This document shows positions 13,941-22,108 of a DNA stretch of 41,439 bases, piece by piece. The position numbers and the translations under genes were made by a program. The notes below the pieces were generated by a model. That model ran no database searches. It was not told the DNA's origin and saw nothing but the letters and a program-made list of their open reading frames with translations. Numbering within the stretch: the first letter of the stretch is position 1; every line of letters begins with the position of its first letter. Source of the stretch: an uncultured bacterium (GTDB taxonomy: Bacteria > Patescibacteriota > Patescibacteriia > JAXHNJ01); assembly GCA_965370265.1 (NCBI GenBank), contig CBDUSL010000002.1, positions 1-41,439 on the forward strand, given 5' to 3'.

Positions 13941-16652
13941 ATGATTGAAACAAAATGGTATAAATTAAGCGCCGAAGAAACCCTTAAAAAGCTTAATTCC
14001 TCTGTGCATGGCCTGACCAAGGAAGAGGTAGGAAAAAGAAAAAAAGAATACGGCAAAAATGAATTACCAAAGGAAAAGCAAATGCCTTGGCTGGCTTTGT
14101 TTTTTAATCAGTTTAAAAGTTCGTTGGTCTACATTTTGCTGTTTGCCACAGTAGTTAGCTTTCTTCTGGGTGATTATTTAGACGGATATATAATTTTAGC
14201 GGCCGTAATCGTTAATGTTGTTATCGGTTTTTTTCAGGAACGAAAAGCCCAGACAGCCCTAAAAAAACTCAAAGAAATAATTACTCTTCGGACTCTGGTT
14301 TTTCGCGGTGGTCAGGAACAACAGATTAATGTCGAAGAATTAGTGCCGGGAGATGTGATTGTCCTTTATCCGGGTGACAAAATTTCCGCTGATGCCAGGG
14401 TTATTTCCGCCAAAGACTTAAAAGTTAACGAATCAAGTCTGACCGGTGAAGCTTATCCGATAGATAAATTCAGCCAGAAAATCACCAAAGAAAAATCCTT
14501 GCCAGACCGACAAAATATGGTTTATATGGGAACCGTGGTTTCCGAGGGGAGCGCCAGGGCGGTGGTTGTTGATACCGGTCATACCACCGAATTTGGCCGA
14601 ATTGCCAAGTTGGTTAAAGAAACCGTACAGGACAAAACACCTCTTCAGGTCAAACTTGCCCGTTTTTCCCGTCAGCTGGCCGTGATTATTCTGGTTCTCA
14701 GCGGTCTTTTAATGGCGGTGGGTCTTATGATGGGCCGGGAGTTTATAGAAATGTTTACTACGGCGGTGGCCATAGCCGTTTCTGCCATTCCGGAAGGTCT
14801 TCTTATTGCGGTGACCCTTATTTTAACCGTTGGAATGCAGAGAATATTAAAGCAAAATGCCTTAGTCAGAAATTTATTATCAGCTGAGACTCTTGGCTCA
14901 ACAACCGTAATTTGTACCGACAAAACAGGTACTTTAACCGAAGGAAAAATGAATGTTTCCCAGATTATCACCCTGAACCATGATTTCTCCACGGAACATA
15001 ATCAAACTCCTATCAATAAAGAAAGCATAGAAAGCTTTATTTTCGCCCTCAAGATCGGTATGCTTTGTAACGACGCTTTTGTGGAAAATGAAGACGAGGA
15101 ATTAAAAAGCTGGAAAATAGCCGGGGGTAATCCCACGGAACGGGCTCTTTTGAATGCGGGGGTAAAGCTGGGCTTGAGAAAAAGTGAACTGGAAAAACAA
15201 TACAAAAGAATAGATGAAATTCCCTTTGATTCAAAAATAAAATATATGGCTACTCTTCACCATTACACCAAAGAACAAAACATGATTCTCGTCAAAGGAG
15301 CGCCGGAAAAAATACTAGCCATGTCAAAATATGTTGATGATAACGGGAAAAAAGAGAAAATGACTCCTCAGAAAAAAAAGAAGTTTGAAAAAATGTTTGA
15401 ACAGCTCTCAAACAAAGGTCTTCGCATCCTCGCTTTTTCCTACCAGAGAGTGAATAACGAATTAAGTTCTTTGGAAGAATTCGAAAAGGAAGAGGAAAAA
15501 AACTTGATTTTTGTCGGCTTTATGGCCTTGAAAGATCCTTTGCGCCCGGAAGCTAAAGAAACAATCAGACAAGTTCAACGGGCAGGTATTAAAGTAGTGA
15601 TGATTACCGGTGACCATAAGCTTACGGCCCAGTCTATTGCGGAAGAACTAGGCTTGCCGGCTAAAGCCGAAAATATTCTGGAAGGCGAGGAACTTCAAGA
15701 GATGACTGAACATGATTTAAAAAATAGAGTTAGAGATATCTCGGTTTACGCCCGAGTTTCACCGGAAGACAAATTAAGAATTGTTGACGCCTGGCAGGCT
15801 AATAATGAAGTCGTAGCGATGACCGGGGACGGGGTGAATGATGCCCCGGCTCTTAAAAGCGCTAATATTGGGATTGCTCTGGGATCCGGGACAGATGTGG
15901 CAAAGGGAACAGCCGGCTTAGTTCTTCTTGATGATAATTTTAAAACTATCGCGAAAGCAGTGGAGCAAGGCCGGGTTATCTTTGATAATATTAAAAAAGT
16001 AATTCTCTATCTTCTTTCAGACAGCTTTGCCGAGATTATTATCATTGGCGGGGGGCTTATCTTGGGCTATCCCTTACCTATGCTGGCGGCTCAGATTCTC
16101 TGGGTTAATTTAGTGGATGATACTTTTCCGGCCTTGGCTATGGGGGTGGAACCGGAAGAAAAAGAAATAATGAACAAAAAGCCGGAAGGTCTGGTAAGCA
16201 CTGTTTTAGATAAAGAAATGAAAGTTTTAATTGGCATAATTAGCTTGGTAAGCGGAATTTTTTGCCTGATTGTCTTCGCCTACTTTAATAATAAAACGAA
16301 TGACTTAGTCTTGGCCCGTTCAATTACTTTCGTTCTGTTGGGAATGATAACTCTTTTTTACGTTTTCAGTGTTCGAAGTCTAAGACATCCAATCTGGAAA
16401 AAAAATCTATTTCGTAATAAATTTCTCATACTTGCCGTGTTAGTAAGTGCCGGACTTCAAGCAGCCGCAGTTTATGTTCCTTTTCTCCAGCGCGTATTAA
16501 GAACAACTCCTTTAAGTCTTTATCATTGGATTTTTATTATTATTGTCTGTCTCATCATAATGATAATAATTGAAATTACTAAACATTTCTTTTTTGCCAA
16601 ACAAAAGAAAGAAGAAAATAAAATAGAGATAAATGAGCAAAAAACTAAATAG
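13941..16652 (+). CDS. P-type cation-transporting ATPase (type IIA, Ca2+-ATPase-like)
   Basis: - ..TGES/TGEA.. actuator region.
- Phosphorylation motif CTDKTGTLTEGKM.
- ..KGAPE.. and ..MITGDHKLTA..
- Hinge motif ..MTGDGVNDAPALK..
- The start at ATG 13941 (MIETKWYKLSAEETLKKL) is preferred over 13923. Confidence 0.93.
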   Translation: MIETKWYKLSAEETLKKLNSSVHGLTKEEVGKRKKEYGKNELPKEKQMPWLALFFNQFKSSLVYILLFATVVSFLLGDYLDGYIILAAVIVNVVIGFFQERKAQTALKKLKEIITLRTLVFRGGQEQQINVEELVPGDVIVLYPGDKISADARVISAKDLKVNESSLTGEAYPIDKFSQKITKEKSLPDRQNMVYMGTVVSEGSARAVVVDTGHTTEFGRIAKLVKETVQDKTPLQVKLARFSRQLAVIILVLSGLLMAVGLMMGREFIEMFTTAVAIAVSAIPEGLLIAVTLILTVGMQRILKQNALVRNLLSAETLGSTTVICTDKTGTLTEGKMNVSQIITLNHDFSTEHNQTPINKESIESFIFALKIGMLCNDAFVENEDEELKSWKIAGGNPTERALLNAGVKLGLRKSELEKQYKRIDEIPFDSKIKYMATLHHYTKEQNMILVKGAPEKILAMSKYVDDNGKKEKMTPQKKKKFEKMFEQLSNKGLRILAFSYQRVNNELSSLEEFEKEEEKNLIFVGFMALKDPLRPEAKETIRQVQRAGIKVVMITGDHKLTAQSIAEELGLPAKAENILEGEELQEMTEHDLKNRVRDISVYARVSPEDKLRIVDAWQANNEVVAMTGDGVNDAPALKSANIGIALGSGTDVAKGTAGLVLLDDNFKTIAKAVEQGRVIFDNIKKVILYLLSDSFAEIIIIGGGLILGYPLPMLAAQILWVNLVDDTFPALAMGVEPEEKEIMNKKPEGLVSTVLDKEMKVLIGIISLVSGIFCLIVFAYFNNKTNDLVLARSITFVLLGMITLFYVFSVRSLRHPIWKKNLFRNKFLILAVLVSAGLQAAAVYVPFLQRVLRTTPLSLYHWIFIIIVCLIIMIIIEITKHFFFAKQKKEENKIEINEQKTK

Positions 16653-17238
16653 AATATTATTTTACTTAAGCATTTTTTCATTAGTGGTTTTATTTTTTAT
16701 TGAAATATTTTCTAATTATGACACCACTACCAGACAGATAGCTCTTTCTTTAACCTGTGCAGCCGTCATTATTATCCTACTTATTATCTTTAGAGTAGTT
16801 AGATCAAAGCTAAATATTGAACTGCCTTTTTATGTTGCTTGGGTGGCGGCTGTAGGAGTTTGGTTTGACGCCCTTGGCAATTTTGCCGGTCTTTATGGAA
16901 AGATTATCTGGTGGGACAAACTTTCTCATGCCGTGGGTTCCGGGGCTATGGCCATTGCCTTGTTTGTTATTTTTTACGAATTGAATAAACAAGGAAAAAT
17001 AAAACTAGGCCGTTTTAATCTTTCTCTTTACATTGTTTCTTTGACTACTTTTCTTTCGGCTGTTTATGAAGTGACAGAATATCTGGGTGACCTATGGTCT
17101 GAATCTATGAGAGTTACTGATTTATATGATACCTGTGATGATTTGATGTGGAATATTATCGCGACTGTGATTATCGTCCTAATTCTGAACATAATAAAAA
17201 AGCCCGATAATAATTTACCGGGCGCGAATAGCTCTTAA
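16633..17238 (+). CDS. multi-pass membrane protein of unknown function
   Basis: 201 aa with about 5 hydrophobic segments. It overlaps the ATPase 3' end by 20 nt. No family recognised. Confidence 0.65.
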   Translation: MSKKLNRILFYLSIFSLVVLFFIEIFSNYDTTTRQIALSLTCAAVIIILLIIFRVVRSKLNIELPFYVAWVAAVGVWFDALGNFAGLYGKIIWWDKLSHAVGSGAMAIALFVIFYELNKQGKIKLGRFNLSLYIVSLTTFLSAVYEVTEYLGDLWSESMRVTDLYDTCDDLMWNIIATVIIVLILNIIKKPDNNLPGANSS

Positions 17239-17241
17239 GGC

Positions 17242-17400
17242 CTATTTGCCAATGGCGACGTATTCTGGTCCACATTCTTTGTGGACTTTTTCGTTGGCTT
17301 CGATCAGGCTTTTGGCCCTTACGTTTGACATTTTTGGGGGATTACAGTTTTCGCAGCCACCCCTTCTTTGAACCTCAAAATCCCTCTCTTTTTCCATCAT
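17242..17400 (-). CDS. orphan small protein, 52 aa (below the ORF-track cutoff)
   Basis: Minus strand: GAGGAGGG then ATGATGGAA.. The product is MMEKERDFEVQRRGGCENCNPPKMSNVRAKSLIEANEKVHKECGPEYVAIGK, with TAG at 17244-17242. It has its own promoter. No family recognised. Confidence 0.5.
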   Translation of the reverse strand: MMEKERDFEVQRRGGCENCNPPKMSNVRAKSLIEANEKVHKECGPEYVAIGK

Positions 17401-17432
17401 CCCTCCTCGATAAAATGAACCGCTATTTCCCC

Positions 17433-17462
17433 ATTTTAGCGGAAAAACGAGGTTGATGTCAA
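17433..17462 (-). promoter_or_regulatory. near-consensus promoter for the 52-aa ORF
   Basis: Minus strand: TTGACA (17462-17457), 18 nt spacer, TAAAAT (17438-17433). Confidence 0.5.
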
Positions 17463-17474
17463 TGTAGGATATTT

Positions 17475-17503
17475 TTGACTAAACTTCAAAAAATAGTTAT
17501 AAT
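17475..17503 (+). promoter_or_regulatory. sigma70-type promoter upstream of asnS
   Basis: TTGACT (17475-17480), 17 nt spacer, TATAAT (17498-17503). Confidence 0.6.
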
Positions 17504-17547
17504 AAAAACATTATAATTATGCTTTAGGGGGCGTTAAACCGCTTAAA

Positions 17548-18834
17548 ATGCCTTATATTTCAGAAATTCAAAAACATTTAGGAAAAGAAGTGCTTCTCAA
17601 GGGATGGATTTTCAATGTCCGCTCCTCTGGAAGCATCTTTTTTTTACAATTCAGGGATGGAACCGGAGAAATACAGGCAATTATCTCCAAAAATGATATT
17701 TCAGAGGAAATGTTTAAAAAATGTGAAAATTTGGGTATAGAATCTTCAGTAGAAATAAAAGGTCAGGTGGTTAAGGAAAAAAAATCACCCTCCGGCTTTG
17801 AACTTCATGTTACTGGCCTAAAAGTTATTCAAGCGGTTCAGAATTACCCAATTGCCAAGAAAGAACACGGTCCGGAATTTCTGATGAACAACCGCCATCT
17901 TTGGCTCCGTTCTTCCCGTCAAAGAGCTATTTTAAAGATCCGCGACGGGGTTATCTGGTCAGCAAGAAAGTTTTTTAAAGACGAAGGTTTTGTTTTAACT
18001 GATTCGCCGATTTTAACCCCTACTGCCTGTGAAGGAACGACTACTCTTTTTAAAACCAAATATTTTGAAGAAAATGCTTACCTGGCTCAGTCAGGCCAGC
18101 TTTATATTGAGGCAACGGCCGCTGCTTTAGGTAAGGTGTATGACTTTGGCCCTACTTTTCGGGCCGAGAAATCAAAAACCCGAAGGCACTTGATGGAATT
18201 TTGGATGCTGGATGCGGAAGCTGCTTTTGTAGAACATGAAGAAAATCTGGAAATTCAGGAAAATATGATCAGCGCCATTTTTAAATATATTTTAGAAAAT
18301 CATAAGAAAGATTTAGAAGTTTTAGAAAGAGACGTTAAACCGCTCGAAAAAATTACTGCTCCTTTTTATCGCAAGAAGTATGAAGAAGTAATAAAAGATT
18401 TAAATAAAAAAGGATTTAAAATGAAGTTCGGCGATGATTTTGGAGCCGAACATGAAACGGCTATTTCCGAAGATCTGGACAAACCAGTTTTTGTTACTCA
18501 CTGGCCAAAAGAAACCAAGCCATTTTATATGAAGCAGGATCCAAAAAATAAAAAATTAGTCTTGAATGCGGATTGTATTGCCCCGGAGGGCTTTGGTGAA
18601 ATTATTGGCGGGTCCCAACGGGAAGATGATTATGAAATCTTAAAAAAGAATATGGAAAAAGCCAAAATCCCCATTGATGACTACCAGTGGTATCTGGACT
18701 TAAGAAAATACGGCACTTTCCCTCATTCGGGATTTGGTTTGGGAATAGAAAGAACGGTGGCCTGGATTTCCGGACTTAAACATATTCGGGAAACTATTCC
18801 TTTTCCCAGAATGCTTAACCGATTAAGACCCTAA
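17548..18834 (+). CDS. asnS: asparagine--tRNA ligase
   Basis: Class IIb aminoacyl-tRNA synthetase. N-terminal OB fold, motif 2 FGPTFRAEKSKTRRHLMEFWMLDAE (AsnRS-type), and motif 3 GFGLGIERTVAWI. Confidence 0.92.
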   Translation: MPYISEIQKHLGKEVLLKGWIFNVRSSGSIFFLQFRDGTGEIQAIISKNDISEEMFKKCENLGIESSVEIKGQVVKEKKSPSGFELHVTGLKVIQAVQNYPIAKKEHGPEFLMNNRHLWLRSSRQRAILKIRDGVIWSARKFFKDEGFVLTDSPILTPTACEGTTTLFKTKYFEENAYLAQSGQLYIEATAAALGKVYDFGPTFRAEKSKTRRHLMEFWMLDAEAAFVEHEENLEIQENMISAIFKYILENHKKDLEVLERDVKPLEKITAPFYRKKYEEVIKDLNKKGFKMKFGDDFGAEHETAISEDLDKPVFVTHWPKETKPFYMKQDPKNKKLVLNADCIAPEGFGEIIGGSQREDDYEILKKNMEKAKIPIDDYQWYLDLRKYGTFPHSGFGLGIERTVAWISGLKHIRETIPFPRMLNRLRP

Positions 18835-18838
18835 AATT

Positions 18839-19456
18839 ATGGAAGAAGAAAATTTTAATCAACCAACAGAAAAAAGAAGAAGCAGTAAATTAATAATTCT
18901 TATAGTTATTTTGACTATTCTGGTAGCCGGGGCTTTTGGTTGGTACTTTTTTATTTTAGAAAAAAATTCTGAAAGTGATACGAGCAGTAGCCAGGATTTG
19001 AATACTAATTCAGAAGTAGAACAGTTAACATATACTTCTGAAGATTATGGTTATTTACTAAAATACCCTTCGGACTGGGAATACACTGATGATGCCGAAG
19101 GAAATCCGGCCATGTTTTACGACCCGACCGGTTTAGCCCAAATCATTGAGGGGACAGAGCTTTTACAGGGAACCAAAATGGAAATTTATGTTTCGGAAGA
19201 CATAGAAATGACTTTGGATGAGATGGTAAAAGAAAGGGATATAGAGTTTGAAATCTTGAGTGAGGAAGAAATTGAAGTGGGTAAGGTAAAGGCAATCCGA
19301 AGAATAGTCAATGGCATGGGTTATATGAATGTGACTTATGTCGTTAACGAAAATAATTTTTACTCTATTATTCAATATATTCCTCAGGAAAAATACCGGT
19401 CAATATACACTGGGTATTATGATTCTATCTTAGAGAGTTTTGAGTTTATTAATTAA
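18839..19456 (+). CDS. membrane-anchored surface protein 1 (TM helix, S/T/N linker, globular head)
   Basis: KLIILIVILTILVAGAFGWYFFIL anchor, then ..SESDTSSSQDLNTNSE... The head starts with TYTSEDYGYLLKYPSDW, a motif shared with the next two genes. It begins 4 nt after asnS. Confidence 0.75.
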   Translation: MEEENFNQPTEKRRSSKLIILIVILTILVAGAFGWYFFILEKNSESDTSSSQDLNTNSEVEQLTYTSEDYGYLLKYPSDWEYTDDAEGNPAMFYDPTGLAQIIEGTELLQGTKMEIYVSEDIEMTLDEMVKERDIEFEILSEEEIEVGKVKAIRRIVNGMGYMNVTYVVNENNFYSIIQYIPQEKYRSIYTGYYDSILESFEFIN

Positions 19457-19466
19457 TGATTACACT

Positions 19467-20219
19467 ATGAATCAAAAAGGACTCACCCAAATATTAACCC
19501 TCGGCTTGATTGCGGCCCTGCTTATTGCCGGAATTAGCTTTGGGTATGTGAAGTATTTTAAAAATGAAAATGAGAATGAAAGCAGCAACACTAATACAGT
19601 GGTTGAGGTTAACGAAAACGAAAATACGAATCTAAACACTAATTCTTCAGTCAACACTAACACTTCGGTTATAGAAACCGCCTGTTCAGACGGCTGGTCT
19701 ACTTATACTAATGAGAATTATGGTTATAGTGTAATGTATCCTCCGACGGGCACTCTAAGTTTTTTAGAAGAAAATTCTTTTAGTCTTTCCATGGAAGAGC
19801 AAGCGGCCGGGATAACTTTTGCCGAGAAGTTTGCCGAATACGGAACGAATTTATGCGTTTCTATTAAACTAAATGATTCTGCTTATGTCACGATTGCTGC
19901 GCCTGAAAATGCTGAGGCCGGGGTAATCTGCCATCGGTCAGGAGTTGGCGTTTATATTGAGAATATCGAGCGTACGGATTCGTTGATTATCGATGGAGCA
20001 AATTATACCGGCACGGGTGATATTTATATTTCTGAAGATCCCTCGACTGGTGTGGCCGGCACTACTCTTATGTATCATAACGAAACAAACCATGTCACTT
20101 TGAGTGACAGTACCAGTATCGAATACGGCTCTACTCCAGCCGAAGATATTTTATATACCGAATATGAATCGCTTCGTGACATTCTGATTTGTATTATGGA
20201 ATCATATAGCTCGACCTAA
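19467..20219 (+). CDS. MNQKG-leader surface protein 2 (TM, Asn/Thr stalk, head paralogous to protein 1)
   Basis: ATG 19467. MNQKGLTQILTLGLIAALLIAGISFGYVKYF, stalk ..NTNTVVEVNENENTNLNTNSSVNTNTS.., head TYTNENYGYSVMYPP.. Confidence 0.8.
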   Translation: MNQKGLTQILTLGLIAALLIAGISFGYVKYFKNENENESSNTNTVVEVNENENTNLNTNSSVNTNTSVIETACSDGWSTYTNENYGYSVMYPPTGTLSFLEENSFSLSMEEQAAGITFAEKFAEYGTNLCVSIKLNDSAYVTIAAPENAEAGVICHRSGVGVYIENIERTDSLIIDGANYTGTGDIYISEDPSTGVAGTTLMYHNETNHVTLSDSTSIEYGSTPAEDILYTEYESLRDILICIMESYSST

Positions 20220-20241
20220 TAAATTATTAAATAATAAATTT

Positions 20242-20988
20242 ATGAACCAAAAAGGCACAAAACAAATTCCTCTCTTAATCATTATCGCCGTGGTTTTGAT
20301 TGGGGCAATAGTCTATGGCTATTTCTTTTATAACAAAGACGAAGAGGCGTCAAAGAATACAAATACAGGGGAAAAGAATGCCAATATTACTGTAACCAAT
20401 ACAAATAAAAACGCAAATTTAAACACTAATGTCAGCGTGAATGAGAATGTAAATGTGAGTTCAAACACAAATGCTACGATTAACACGAATACCAATACCC
20501 CAATACCAGTTCCGGAGGTAGAAGAAATAGTGGTCGATAATACTTATACAAATAGTGAATGTGGGTATTCATTGACCTTGCCTGATGGCTGGTATGCTTA
20601 TGACCAAACGAACGGAGTATTATTCCTGATGTCGGCAACTTTGCCGTCAGTTGGTGCGACCGAAGGTTACGCCTACGGCACCCAGTTTTCTATCGCTTGC
20701 GGCGATATATCTGAGGCTGGCGCTATAACATCGACCGAGTATCTAGATGCGATGATCGGTAACCTTGATGCTTATGACAATCCGATCGTCAGGCAAAACG
20801 TGGTCCGCAACGGGCTAAATATGGTCAGGTTTACGATGTCGGCAGCCGGTGCCGACGGAACGATTCTTAATTATTATTATTTCAATGGCACTACCTATTA
20901 TGATCTGTCACATTTTTCGTATGACCAGGCAACAACAGCATCGCAGGATTTTGAAGCTGTCTTGAACACTTTTAGTATTACACCATAA
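20242..20988 (+). CDS. MNQKG-leader surface protein 3
   Basis: MNQKGTKQIPLLIIIAVVLIGAIVYGYFFY, long N/T stalk, head TYTNSECGYSLTLPDGW.. Confidence 0.8.
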   Translation: MNQKGTKQIPLLIIIAVVLIGAIVYGYFFYNKDEEASKNTNTGEKNANITVTNTNKNANLNTNVSVNENVNVSSNTNATINTNTNTPIPVPEVEEIVVDNTYTNSECGYSLTLPDGWYAYDQTNGVLFLMSATLPSVGATEGYAYGTQFSIACGDISEAGAITSTEYLDAMIGNLDAYDNPIVRQNVVRNGLNMVRFTMSAAGADGTILNYYYFNGTTYYDLSHFSYDQATTASQDFEAVLNTFSITP

Positions 20989-20992
20989 AAAT

Positions 20993-22093
20993 ATGAACCA
21001 AAAAGGATTTAATTTAATTCTGTTGATTATCATCATTGCTGTGGTTGTAATTGGAGGGGGAGCATACTTGTACTTTTATTATTTGCCGGACAAAGAAGTG
21101 AGTGAAAATACGAATACATTAGTAAATAATGCCAATGTTAATGATAATACTAATGCTAATTTGAACGTTAATACAAACGAAAATAATAATTTAAACACAG
21201 ATTTAAGTAGTAATTGTAATATTTCACTCCCTTCAGTGCTTGAGCCATTAACTACTTGGAATACGGAATGGCGCAGCGATCCAATATATTTGACTACTAT
21301 ACCTTCTTCTGTTAATGAAGCTCTGGAGGCTTGCGAAGAAAAAGAACATTTATCATCCCGTAATTATTGTTTTTTAGAAATTGCGACCGCTTTTCGTAAT
21401 CCCTTATATTGCGAAAAAATAAATCAAAATGTACTTGAAGAAGAAACAGGGAGTAATACTAACGGTTATCAAGTTGAAGATATAGCTTATGAGGTAGGTT
21501 TAACTACTCCCCAAGAAGACGCAATTGAATGTATTGAGAATTTTATGAAAGAGTATGGTATTTATGACTGCCAGATTCATGAAAGCGATCAGTTTAAAGA
21601 CTATTGTTATTATAATGCGGCCGTTTCAGTATATTTGCCTGAAGAAAGAAATCTAAACTGCTGCCTAATTAAAGACACATCTCTGAATGAGAGGTGTGTA
21701 GAAGTGGCAGAGGGCTGGACTGAACTTGAGGAGCAATTTGGTGAAATAGAAGAAGATTTAAACAGTCTGGAAGTAGCCTATAATTATATTATAAAGCTTA
21801 CTTGTTATGCTAAAGATCACCCGGAAATATTAAATAAATTTCCAGCCGGAGATATCAGGGAAGAAATAAGAGAAGATTCAGAAAATTATACTGATTGTGA
21901 GGTATTAAGTTCTGAAGAAATTGAGAAATTATTAACTTACGTAAATACTGACTCAGACAATGACGGTCTCAATCTATTATTGGAAAGTTTATATCTTATT
22001 GATGACACGAATACCGATACAGACGGCGACGGCTATGATGATTTAACGGAAGTCATTAATGGCTATAATCCAAACGGAGAAGGTGAATTATAG
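20993..22093 (+). CDS. MNQKG-leader surface protein 4: Cys-rich head with C-terminal thrombospondin-type-3-like Ca-binding repeats
   Basis: MNQKGFNLILLIIIIAVVVIGGGAYLYFYY and an N-rich stalk. The head carries many cysteines. The C-terminus has DSDNDGLNLLLE and DTDGDGYDDLTE (DxDxDG loops). Confidence 0.8.
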   Translation: MNQKGFNLILLIIIIAVVVIGGGAYLYFYYLPDKEVSENTNTLVNNANVNDNTNANLNVNTNENNNLNTDLSSNCNISLPSVLEPLTTWNTEWRSDPIYLTTIPSSVNEALEACEEKEHLSSRNYCFLEIATAFRNPLYCEKINQNVLEEETGSNTNGYQVEDIAYEVGLTTPQEDAIECIENFMKEYGIYDCQIHESDQFKDYCYYNAAVSVYLPEERNLNCCLIKDTSLNERCVEVAEGWTELEEQFGEIEEDLNSLEVAYNYIIKLTCYAKDHPEILNKFPAGDIREEIREDSENYTDCEVLSSEEIEKLLTYVNTDSDNDGLNLLLESLYLIDDTNTDTDGDGYDDLTEVINGYNPNGEGEL

Positions 22094-22108
22094 ATTAATA
22101 TAAATTCT

